Positions 26,620-56,842 of a stretch of 64,000 bases of DNA are shown one piece after another. The position numbers and the translations under genes are program-made. Positions within the stretch are counted from its first letter, which is position 1. Every line of letters begins with the position of its first letter. The notes beneath the pieces are model-generated. The model searched no databases. It was not told where the DNA came from and saw only the letters and a program-made list of their open reading frames with translations. Location: assembly GCA_002269645.1 (NCBI GenBank), contig NIVC01000104.1:522056-586055 (forward strand). Direction: 5' to 3'. The DNA comes from Macrostomum lignano (taxonomy: Eukaryota).

Positions 26620-27480
26620 CTTAGTGATGAGGTCAAGTGTCAGTGATGGGGTCAAGTGTCTTAGTGAGGGGGTCAAGTATCTTAGCGAGGGGGTCAAGTG
26701 TCTTAGTGAGGGGGTCAAGTGTCTTAGTGAGGGGGTCAAAAGTGTCTTAGTAAGGGGGTCAAGTGTCTTAGTGAGGGGTCAAGTGTCTTAGTGAGGGGTC
26801 AAGTGTCTTAGTGAGGGGGTCAAGTGTCTTAGTGAGGGGTCAATTGTCTTAGCGAGGGGGTCAAAAGTGTCTTAGTGATGGGGTCAAGTGTCTTAGTGAG
26901 GGGGTCAAGTATCTTAGCGAGGGGGTCAAAAGTGTCTTAGTGATGGGGTCAAGTGTCTTAGTGAGGGGGTCAAGTATCTTAGCGAGGGGGTCAAAAGTGT
27001 CTTAGTGAGGAGGTCAAGTGTCTTAGTGATGGGGTCAAGTGTCTTAGTGATGGGGTCAAGTGTCTTAGTGAGGGGGTCAAGTGTCTTAGCGAGGGGGTCA
27101 AAAGTGTCTTAGTGAGGGGGTCAAGTGTCTTAGTGAGGGGGTCAAGTGTCTTAGCGAGGGGGTCAAAAGTGTCTTAGTGAGGGGGTCAAGTGTCTTAGTG
27201 AGGGGGTCAAGTGTCTAGTGAGGGGGTCAAGACCGCCAATAGGTGTTTAGTGAAGGGGTCAAGTGTCTTGTGACAGGGTCAAGGTGTCTTGCGAGGGGTC
27301 AAGGTATCTAATGAGAGGGTCAAGGTGTCTTGCGAGGGGTCAAGGTATCTAGTGAGAGGGTCAAGGTGTCTTTTATAGTTGTCAAGTGTCTGATGTGAAG
27401 GGTCGTGGTGCTACTTTGGGGTCAGGTATCTAGTGAGATTGGTCATAGTAACTTGTCAAGGGGTCAAGGTATCTATAGAG
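26620..27480. repeat. Minisatellite, 21-23-bp unit GGGGTCAAGTGTCTTAGTGAG
   Basis: Tandem copies between ELAV and the Dpr-like gene. Confidence 0.95.
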
Positions 27481-27750
27481 TGGCGTTGGGTGGTGCAATA
27501 TGTACACAGGTGCATGAGTAGCTATAGAAGAAAAAGCTCCAGCCATATGCTCACTATGGAAGCACCGCGCGCTATGCAGGCAAAGGTTTGAGATCCAGCG
27601 AATGAGGATTCTTAAGTGTCAGATGCACTTTGCTCCAAGTTCATCATTTTTTCTTTATGGTATTGAATTAGTTCAAACCCACGATGATTAGAGCTTCAAT
27701 ACAAATTAATTAAGCAAACGGCAATTGTATTTATGCTAATTAGATTCTGC

Positions 27751-27764
27751 GTTTCCATGGCAAC
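27751..27764. promoter_or_regulatory. RFX X-box GTTTCCATGGCAAC
   Basis: Fits the established 14-bp X-box consensus; 466 bp upstream of the Dpr-like ATG. Confidence 0.6.
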
Positions 27765-28229
27765 GCGCGGTGTGTAGCTCAGCAAATATTGTGGAGAAAA
27801 AAGCCGCTATGGGTACCTGGAGTGGTGTGGCACTACTCCTAAATGGGGGATTAAGTTAAGTGCGCCTTCCATTCTGATGCAGTAATAACCAAGCCTAAAA
27901 CAATATAAGGCATTAATAATTCACAGTCCTAGATTATGAAGTACCTGAGTCTCTACAATATAATTGCGTGCGTGTGGTTTTTTTCGGCATTCTATTTGTC
28001 TGTATGTAGCACCCCGCTGTGACTGCAATTGGCTAGCCCTGTTTGAGCTAGTAGGGCTTGGATTGGCTGTGCTCAGAAATATTAAGATCAACTCAACTTG
28101 GCCTCAGTTAGAGTATTGCTAGACTTTTGGCCTCATTTAATTCAACGATTATTTTAAATGCTACAGGTGGACTCAAATTTAACTAGGAAAAGTTAGCTGG
28201 AAATGCTGGACTGAATATTTCTGATAGTT

Positions 28230-47456
<19,227 letters not shown>

Positions 47457-47559
47457 TTCCACTGCCGCATCTGGGCATGTTTCCTTGATCCTCCTCGGTC
47501 TTTGTTTTTTCTTCTTTTCCCAACCCTCTTATCTCTCTCCTGAACTCTACCTCATCCAC

Positions 47560-48570
47560 TCTCTACTGCACCCCATCCGCTCTCTACTGCACCCCATCCA
47601 CTCTCTATTCTACTTCCTCCGCTGTCTACTCCACCCCATCCACTCTCTACTCTACTTCCTCCGCTGTCTACTCCACCCCATCCGCTCTCTATTCTACTTC
47701 CTCCGCTGTCTACTCCACCCCATCCGCTCTCTATTCTACTTCCTCCGCTGTCTACTCCACCCCATCCACTCTCTATTCTACTTCCTCCGCTGTCTACTCC
47801 ACCCCATCCGCTCTCTATTCTACTTCCTCCGCTGTCTACTCCATCTCATCCGCTCTCTATTCTACTTCCTCCGCTGTCTACTCCACCCCATCCGCTCTCT
47901 ATTCTACTTCCTCCGCTGTCTACTCCATCTCATCCGCTCTCTATTCTACTTCCTCCGCTGTCTACTCCACCCCATCCGCTCTCTATTCTACTTCCTCCGC
48001 TGTCTACTCCATCTCATCCGCTCTCTATTCTACTTCCTCCGCTGTCTACTCCACCCCATCCGCTCTCTATTCTACTTCCTCCGCTGTCTACTCCACCCCA
48101 TCCGCTCTCTATTCTACTTCCTCCGCTGTCTACTCCATCTCATCCGCTCTCTATTCTACTTCCTCCGCTGTCTACTCCACCCCATCCGCTCTCTATTCTA
48201 CTTCCTCCGCTGTCTACTCCACCCCATCCGCTCTCTATTCTACTTCCTCCGCTGTCTACTCCATCTCATCCGCTCTCTATTCTACTTCCTCCGCTGTCTA
48301 CTCCACCCCATCCGCTCTCTATTCTACTTCCTCCGCTGTCTACTCCACCCCATCCGCTCTCTATTCTACTTCCTCCGCTGTCTACTCCATCTCATCCGCT
48401 CTCTATTCTACTTCCTCCGCTGTCTACTCCATCTCATCCGCTCTCTATTCTACTTCCTCCGCTGTCTACTCCACCGGCCCCATCCGCTCTCTATTCTACT
48501 TCCTCCGCTGTCTACTCCACCCCATCCGCTCTCTATTCTACTTCCTCCGCTGTCTACTCCACCCCATCCG
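47560..48570. repeat. 42-bp minisatellite CTCCGCTGTCTACTCCACCCCATCCGCTCTCTATTCTACTTC
   Basis: About 24 copies downstream of the Dpr-like stop codon. Confidence 0.97.
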
Positions 48571-50268
48571 CTCTTTACTCCTCCTCATTCGCTCTCTAAC
48601 TCCACCTCATCCACTCCTCTACTCCAGCTTCTCCGCTGTCTACCTCAACCTCCTCCCAGCACAGAAAACCTAAAAACCATACTAGACAGTTTTTTCTGAT
48701 GCTTTTGCCGCCTCAAATAAATATTTGCTTTGAAAATTCAAAATTCAATAAAGACGTTGTAATAAGTGGCTTTAAAATGCGTTTTCTTATTTTGTATACT
48801 CACTCTTATAGTCGGATTTCGTTTCATCTTGCGTTATGTCAATAAGTCTGCAACTTTGTCATATACTCGTAGTCGTATGTCATTATTCTCATTTCTCGAT
48901 GAACTCATTTTCAATCGCATTTTCCATTAAATCACTGCGCAACTTCTTCTATAGCTAAACCTTATTGTTGCACAAATTTTTATGCCATGTCGATAAATAT
49001 GTTTCCTATGCTGTGTTTGGTTGACATGTTCTACAATTTTATTTTGAATTTTGAACACATTTGAAAAATATGCGTTCGATGCATGTCCAACCTTTAATTT
49101 TGTGTAGAAATCAGAAAAAATATTTTATTTTTAGGTCAAAGTATATAAGATTTAACTTTTTTTAACTATTAACTTTTTAAACCTTGCGTTGAGATCCAAG
49201 TCGATTAAGTCTGACGATTGATATTGACTCTTACTTTGATGATACCGTATTTGCTCATTTCTATTCAAATTTAATTACATTCATGTGTTACATTGCAGTT
49301 ACAAAGCTGGATAATTACACATAACATTTGTGCATAATTCTCTCATATATACTAAAATGAAGATCTACATAAATAATGTAGTATGTAGAAATCTAAACAA
49401 GGCGCCCTGGTGACCGTGCGCACCAACAGAGATCAGACTAGCTAATTCTTTGAAAAACCCCTAAAAGGGCCGTTTTAACTAAATCTTTGATTGGCCGATC
49501 AGCATCCCTAGTAACTTGAACAAACATGATTATGCCCTATAACAGAATGGCCCAGGATGTTCTCTATCTTCAAAAAAGTAAAAAGCAGTGCACTGTTGTA
49601 AAATCTACACAATTGCATGTATATATATACTGTACAATTTTCTGTTAATTGTCCTAGGCCTATAAAAACTGAAAAACTAAGTAAGTACGAATAGCCGTCA
49701 ACATTACTGCTGAAGTTATCAATCTTTTTAAAAATAAGGTGCAGCCGAATCAAGCAGAGAAGATAAGTTTTGCTCATTCAAATTGGTTAATTTTGTGTGC
49801 TCGTAGGAGCCCTTAAAAGGGCCGTTTTAGTATAATAGTCTGAGTCAAAAGAATTAGTAGATTTTAAGAAAAAGCGACAGTTTATTAAAGAAAAAACGGC
49901 GATTGCCTTTAACCATGACATCAAAATTGCTTAAAAAGCTTTCTGTGCTGTTTTTTTCTGTTTTTGGGCTTTGATGAAAGGCGCTGATTTGTCAATTAAA
50001 CGATTTTAAGAAACATAAATACAAGCCCTTTGGACCATCCATTTTCCACTACCAGATCCTGGCTACGATTCTGTAACTGTATTAACTCTTAACTGTGTTA
50101 TGCGACTCCACAGTCGACGCTTAATTTATCAAGATGACTCGAAATGTTTTAAAATATTCGTTTAAACATAAACGCAGAAAAGTTTTAGCATCCTACTAGT
50201 AGTAGAGTGTAAAGAAAATTTAATAAATGGCCAAGTCTAACATGCAGTACGAAAGGACCGCGTTGCTG

Positions 50269-50355
50269 ATTGGCTGCTCGAATTTTCAAAAATATCGATC
50301 TAGCACAAATTCTGCTTTTCAAGAGACCCCCTCAGAACTTGCCCTACCTATATAA
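50269..50355 (+). promoter_or_regulatory. H2B promoter: inverted CCAAT box (ATTGG, 50269) and TATA box (TATATAA, 50349)
   Basis: Motifs at typical spacing upstream of the H2B ATG. Confidence 0.55.
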
Positions 50356-50438
50356 TCAATTGCTCCGAAAGAAACAGCCCAACATAACATTGTTTCAACA
50401 CCTTGATAGCTTTCTCTCCTAATATTTCAAATTTAACG

Positions 50439-50804
50439 ATGCCGCCGAAGGTCAGTGGTAAGGCTGCCAAGAAGGCCAGCAAGGCTAAGGCCCCGAAGAC
50501 TGACAAGAAGAGGAAGCGCAGGAGGAAGGAGTCTTACGCCATCTACATCTACAAGGTCCTGCGCCAGGTGCACCCGGACACCGGCATCTCCAGCAAGGCC
50601 ATGATGATCATGAACAGCTTCGTCAACGACGTGTTCGAGCGCATCGCTGGTGAGGCCAGCCGTCTGGCCCACTACAACAAGCGCAGCACCATCAGCAGCC
50701 GGGAGATCCAGACTGCTGTCCGCCTGCTGCTGCCTGGTGAACTGGCCAAGCACGCCGTCAGCGAGGGCACTAAGGCCGTCACCAAGTACACCAGCGCCAA
50801 GTAA
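50439..50804 (+). CDS. H2B: Histone H2B, replication-dependent type (121 aa)
   Basis: [12 protein letters not shown]...[27 protein letters not shown]...[26 protein letters not shown]; intronless; 3' stem-loop present. Confidence 0.99.
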   Translation: MPPKVSGKAAKKASKAKAPKTDKKRKRRRKESYAIYIYKVLRQVHPDTGISSKAMMIMNSFVNDVFERIAGEASRLAHYNKRSTISSREIQTAVRLLLPGELAKHAVSEGTKAVTKYTSAK

Positions 50805-50869
50805 AGTGACTGTCAACGTCACTCTACACTCGGCCGCGCAGCTGTAACTTTAGACTAGAACGCTAAAAC

Positions 50870-50885
50870 GGCCCTTTTCAGGGCC
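50870..50885 (+). terminator. Histone mRNA 3' stem-loop GGCCCTTTTCAGGGCC
   Basis: Canonical 6-bp stem and 4-nt loop, flanked by AAAAC and ACCA; purine-rich CAAAAGA follows downstream. Confidence 0.96.
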
Positions 50886-51179
50886 ACCAAATCCAAAAGA
50901 TGCGCAATCGTCTTGTAAATCCAGACGTCAATCAAAACAATAGTTGAAATCTCGTTATGGATAGCATATGTAATTATACACCAACATTTAATGTATAGGC
51001 CTAATATAATATGAGTACTGACTTCACTTCATAACTTTCGCACTAAATCTTCCGTTAAATTTTTAGCCCTAATTGTGGTCTAGCAATGCAACATTGCAAT
51101 AGCAAACGGTTAGTAAGGTTACATACCTAATAAATACCTATGCATCCAGTAAGCAATTAAAAAATGCACAAATAAAATT

Positions 51180-51812
51180 AACTAGTTTAAACTAGCTTTC
51201 AGATTTGCTTTTAAAACGGCCCTTTAAACTTAAAGGGCTACCAACCATGTAGGCTGTACTGTCTGATATCTGTTGATATCTAATTAATACAGCAAGCATT
51301 TGTTACATGCTTTCAGCACCGTCTTAACCAGGATTAGCGGTGTCCGAAATTGCTAAGATGTCTAAGTGAATTTTAAAGATCTTTGCTCCTAACCTCAGTT
51401 TGTGGTCTGCGTCTTAAATTGGTTGCAACTTGCAGCTCTTCGACTTCGTCTCAGTCTTGCATTTGAGATAATAGAAGTAAGTTAAGAAATTTGTCAATTT
51501 AAACGCGTAACAAGTTTCGAAAAAAATTCCCAATTTTGACTTCATCTTCCAGTATGATTGTAACTTTCGGTGATGGTTAAGTTCGGAGTTCAGTGTATTC
51601 TATAGTGCAGTTTTATGCATCCATATTATTCAAAGCTTTAACAGCTGGTAACTACACTGGTGAAAAAGCAAATAATTCAGAATTGAAATTTTGCATGACA
51701 AAGTTTTAAAGCTGTGGAACGTAGTAAGCTACGTGAAAATGTGTTGTTTGCGTTTGTAAAAAACTTAAAAATGCTTACAGATCAATATCTTAACTTGGAA
51801 AAATTGTCGCTA
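51180..51812 (+). repeat. Local segmental duplication, copy 1 (partner 52764-53349)
   Basis: Colinear high similarity from AACTAGTTTAAACT to AAATTGT(G)TCGCTA; copy 1 has an extra ~90-bp segment near 51430-51520. Confidence 0.9.
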
Positions 51813-51853
51813 GCTAATTGTATCCCCCACTTGCCCCGGGCGAACGTCTTATG

Positions 51854-52735
51854 GGGCCCGTGCTATAGAATCAGGAGCTAGGACTCAAGACTACTCTTGA
51901 CAAGGAGTGATTGAATTTTGTGTGCTATAGATTTCAGGAGTTAAGACTTAGGAGCTAGGAGTTCTTGCAAGGAGTGCAGCCTAGGAGTGGGGTGTGTGTT
52001 CAAGGAGTGTTGCGCAATCGTTTAAGGATGATAGAGAATTGTGTGCTATATCACAATCCTAACTTTACGCTCCTTAAGGATTGAATCTCAGGAGTGAAGA
52101 TGAAAATTGCTCAAAAAATATCATTTGTGAGAGCTGTCGCTGCACGCAAAGAGGTTCTCTTTGGTGCGTTTAGTAGAACCAGAACTAAATGCGAAGAATT
52201 GCTATGTGCACCGTGTTGGATGTTCGATTCTGTGTCGAATTCTATCTGTTAGGCTTGAAAGCTGGATCTCGTTGAGTCAAAAACGCATAACACTCTCGGC
52301 TGGATCTTCTTCAAAAACATTTATTCTTGCCTTAAATTGTCGACGGCGTCTATCATTGACTCCTTCCTCATCAGAATCCGATTCGCTGTCCGAAACATTA
52401 TAATCCCAGCTTGTCTAAGAGTGAAAATTGGCCCTTGAACTCTTGCTTAGGAGTCAAGAGTTTGGAGCGAAATTTTCTCACTCTATAGGACACACACACG
52501 CTCCTAGAATCACTCCTAAAAGCCAATTCCTAGACTTCCTCTCCTAATTCTATAGCATGCCACGGAACTTAATGAGTTCTCTTAAATTCACCCAGGAGTC
52601 TCCTAACGTCCTTAAGGAGCCTCCTAGCTCTTAAAATTTACTCTTGATTCTATAGCACAGAAAAGCCAGCTGGGAGCTAGGAGTTAGGACACTCATAAGG
52701 ATTTAGGAGTTAAGAGTATTCTATAGCACGGGCCC
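51854..52735 (-). mobile_element. Non-autonomous PIF/Harbinger element (882 bp) with an N-terminal transposase remnant on the minus strand (~52170-52410)
   Basis: Perfect 18-bp TIR GGGCCCGTGCTATAGAAT; 3-bp TSD ATG on both sides. Minus-strand peptide RRRQFKARINVFEEDPAESVMRF*LNEIQLSSLTDRIRHRIEHPTR resembles the Harbinger/HARBI1 N-terminus. Many subterminal TGCTATAG and TAGGAG motifs. Confidence 0.85.
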
Positions 52736-52763
52736 ATGGTCTCAGTGTAAATTTCATAAAATG

Positions 52764-53349
52764 AACTAGTTTAAACTTTGCTTTTAAAACGGCCCTTTGA
52801 AGGGCCACCCAACCCATCAAACCCAACCCGACAGACAAGTGTAGGCTGTACTGTCTAATATCTGTCAACATCCACTGTGTTTAATAATTAATACAGCAAG
52901 CATTTATTACATGCTCTCAGCACCGTCTTAGCCAGGATTAGCCGGTGTCCGAAATTGCTAAGATGTCATAGTGAAATTCAAAAATCTTTGCTCCTAACCT
53001 CAGTTTGTGGTCTGCGTCTTTATTAGTTGCAACTTGCAGCTGAAAAAATTCCCAATATGACTTCATCTTCCAGTACGTATGATTCAATGATTGTAACTTT
53101 CGCTGATGGTTAAGTTCGGAGTTCAGTGTATTCTATAGTGCAGTTTTATGCATCGATATTATTCAAAGCTTTAACAGCTGGTAACTACACTGGTGAAAAA
53201 GCAAATAATTCGGAATTGAAATTTTGCATGACAAAGTTTTAAAGCTGTGGAGCGCAGTAAGCTACGTGAAAATGTGTTGTTTGCGTTTGTAAAAAACTTT
53301 TAAAAATGCTAACAGATCAATATCTTAACTAGGAAAAATTGTGTCGCTA
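52764..53349 (+). repeat. Local segmental duplication, copy 2
   Basis: See copy 1. Confidence 0.9.
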
Positions 53350-53915
53350 ATTTTACTGGGAAAAAACTACTACTAAAAACACGAATCAATAAACAGGCAG
53401 CAGTTTCATACACGATTGCAATTTCTGTCTATGATGTAAACTTAAGAAGAAGTGGAGTTATAAAATTAAAAAATTTGCACTAAGGTCCAAGGTTCCTGGT
53501 TATTTGATATAGACTCCTACTCGTATGCCAAATACAAGTACATGTAGAAGAGGTAAAAACAACACATAATTAATTTATAGATTGCAAAAATTAAATTGAA
53601 GAAAAATATCACGGTAAAGAGATTGCTTGGAAAGTGTACAAATGAACAGTGAAAGTTAATTAACAATTATATATCGATCACGATCGGTTCAGACTAGATA
53701 AGGAATTAAAAATGAAAATCCTTGTGTACTAAATATCGAATGTTGCTAAAAATAGAAGCAGGAAATCCCGATAATATCTGTAATTGATTCTTGAAATAAT
53801 AATTTCTAGTACATATGTACTTTCTATCAAAGCTTGTCAATGAAAGAAATCAGCACAATTCTACAACTGGACATTATGCAATTGTAAATTACTGTGCATG
53901 TAATTACACAACAAA

Positions 53916-55256
53916 TTACATAGTTAATTGCACAACGATGATGCAGACAGCAGCCAGTAGCAGCAGCGGTAGCCAGGGTCTTAGAGAAGCCGCGCCATCG
54001 AATTGCGTTGGATCAAATGCGAAACAGGCCACGTTGTCTTCTTGAACGGCGAAATTGTTGCCTCGGCAGAAATCTTCCCCATTCTTGAAGGCTTTCCCTG
54101 CAGTAATATAAGTACATGTATTAATAAGTATAAATAATGAGTTATCGTGTGTACATGTATAAGAGGTTTTAGCTAAATGGTGCGAAGACCCCTCACTCGC
54201 ACTCACCAAATTCCAACCCGTTCATGACAGCCGATCGACAGTGACTGTAGATGTCATCGCAGAATGACTTGCAGACGAATACTTTGCTGGGAATTCAATA
54301 AACTTTTCACGATGATAGAAGTTTGAACATCATTGTTACAGAAGCAAAAGCCTGTTAGGAAAAAGAATAATAATGGAGCATTTACTTACTTATCCCTGAA
54401 CCAAAAGTGCTGCTCTGGACTACAAAAGTAGCACAGCAGGTAGCGCAGCATATCGTAACACCGTCTACTCTGGCCCTCCAACTTTGACAGCAGTGAGCTG
54501 AAGACAGATGTGACTTCAATGCGTTTGCAGCAGGCATTGCGGTTGTACCAGTAGCAGTTCACCAGGCTGCTCTCCGGTACTGAGTACCTGGTGCCAGCTA
54601 GGAAAGGAGAATAAGTTAAAACCATATATTAAACTTATAAAGATTTATGACTACTTTCAGTGTATCAAGTTATAAGTTGTAGTAGGTAATAACTACAGCT
54701 TAAAATTAGTATCTAATTTAGTATATTTGGATTATCTATAAAAAACTGTAGTTATGCGTCTTTAAATGTACAATGTTAGTCAATCTGCACCCATCTATCA
54801 TTTAAAAAATTGAGTGTCTTCAAACAAAATGCAACAAATTATACAATGACCCATTTAAATGTCATTACTTGACTAAGTCAAACAATATCCAAGACCAGGT
54901 GCATAGCCAGGATTCACGTCAGGGGGGAGGGGGGCAGAGACATAAATCCATCTCTGTGATGTGAGCAAAATACAATTAGCTTAAGTCAGAAAAAAGTCCC
55001 TTCTAGGAGGGACATAATCTTTAGTTCCCCCTTGGCTACACCACCTATCCAAGACATCTATTTAAAAAAAACTCATTAATAAATACAAACAAAATGACAT
55101 ACCAAAAAATGTACACTTCGACTTAGTTGCTTTGTGGGTCTTTTGGTCTTCCTCTTGTTGTGCAGCTTTCACCATGCCTTCAGAAATTGTGATTTCTTCT
55201 AGTGCAAGTGCGCAGCGAAAAATCAGCACAGAAGAGCAGAAGGCAAGTAGTTTCAT
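53916..55256 (-). CDS. Folate-receptor-family (Folate_rec/riboflavin-binding-like) secreted, probably GPI-anchored protein; complement join(53916..54097,54207..54286,54390..54597,55103..55256), 207 aa
   Basis: Signal peptide MKLLAFCSSVLIFRCALA. Cys pattern NCYWY..NACC...RCYDMLRYLLCYFCSP...VCKSFCDDIYSHC...FC...CF. Hydrophobic C-terminal tail. Phases 1,2,1 are compatible; total 624 nt. Confidence 0.8.
54896..55047. mobile_element. Small hAT-type MITE (152 bp) in intron 1 of the folate-receptor-like gene
   Basis: 8-bp TSD TCCAAGAC at 54888-54895 and 55048-55055. Imperfect TIRs: CAGGTGCATAGCCAGG vs reverse complement TAGGTGGTGTAGCCAAG. Confidence 0.7.
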
Positions 55257-56842
55257 GACCGTTGTTCTAAGGCGTTAAACTTTGTAAAAAATAAAAGTAA
55301 CTCACTTTTATTTAAGTAACTCGCAACCCACTGCTAATATACATTCGCCACCCCACAGCACAGGGTCCTTAAGAAAAACATTGTTATTAACTAAGTTAAA
55401 AATGATGGCTATACATTAGCAAATATAACAAGTTTAAACTTGAGGAAAAAAACAAAAGACAAACAATCGATTAAACTGCTAAAAAACAGTTTCAAAGGTT
55501 TTCTATAACAAAGTTAATTGTAGAGTACAAATATTATTACTAAGATTTATGTTTCTATAATAAAATACTCTTTTTAAACGGACAAGATTTGATTCATATT
55601 TGTGAAGCACGCACTCCATAAAACGTAGTTCATTTGACAGGGAAGGAAGGCATGAGCCGTTTTCAGGATTCAGTACCTATTGAAATAAATGATTGAAAAC
55701 CCTTGCAGCACATAAAACTAATACATGAGCATACAATATTGATACTTTTACTTAAGTTAAGTGAAGATTCATGGTTATTTCTCTCTCCATGACTTATTCT
55801 GTTATTCATTTTACTTTTCACTTTTCAGCTTACTACTTAATACTGTCAGCTATAGAATTTTTTGCGCTGTTGTTAATTTACGAGTCTTTTAGTTAGTTTC
55901 ACGCTCAAAGTTTTCGAAAAAAATTTACTTCGAAATTAAAATTTTTAGTTCCTTCGACTTCGACGATGGTATTAAAAGGAGGAAGCAAGTGGTGGCGAAG
56001 TAGTCACATTCACCATACAATTTGCTGTAAAAACAAAATTTTAATTTAATTTTGCTACAATACTAATCTAATCGTAGTAGTAAACATAATCTTATGTTAT
56101 TTATTGGCACAACTTATTCACCCTTTTATTGTTTTTTTACCCTATACAAAAAATACTTTGATATGTAATTATATATAGTCTTATCCACAAAAAGTCCAGC
56201 TTTTTTATCCCGAGGATTGCATTATACTATATAGACCTTTTTATGTGAAATGCCCTCCAAATTAGCACTATTTATAACATAAGCACAAGTGCAACAATTA
56301 AAACAAGGCATGAATTAAACGGAATAAATTTTATTTTGGAAAGCAATGGCATTTTATGATTTCTTTTTAAATTTAAACATAATTAATTTCTTTTTTAGTT
56401 TAAAATCATTATTTACTTTTGCATTAAAAAATTTATCCTAGATGATAACCTTGGATTAGTTTATGTGATTTTAGAAAGTCTTTTATATATGAATCATATT
56501 ATTGATAATGATTTAGTCTCTCGCATTTGACAATTTAGCAGTTTTCAAAATTTTAACAAATCATAATATTGCTATTAGTGTTTACATCCTTATTACAAGT
56601 GTAAGTAGTAGAATTATCGAATTATTTATAGTCTAACTGCCTACAAGGAGACAAGCCTAAGTAATTGATTAACAAGCAACTTTTCTAGTGATATTAACAA
56701 ATAAAGTCATATAAACTTTTATTTCTTAAATTACGATCTAGAAATGTTGTTCCGATTTATAGCCACCTTTCTTATTCATGTCGTTTACTTAATCAAACAA
56801 GCTATTCAAAACAAACAACTATATTGAACTGAAATTTGAACA

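Noticed and set aside
49403-49434. CGCCCTGGTGACCGTGCGCACCAACAGAGATC resembling histone H3 RPGTV..EI
   Set aside because: Only ~30 bp, needs two indels, and has no flanking H3 similarity; compatible with chance.
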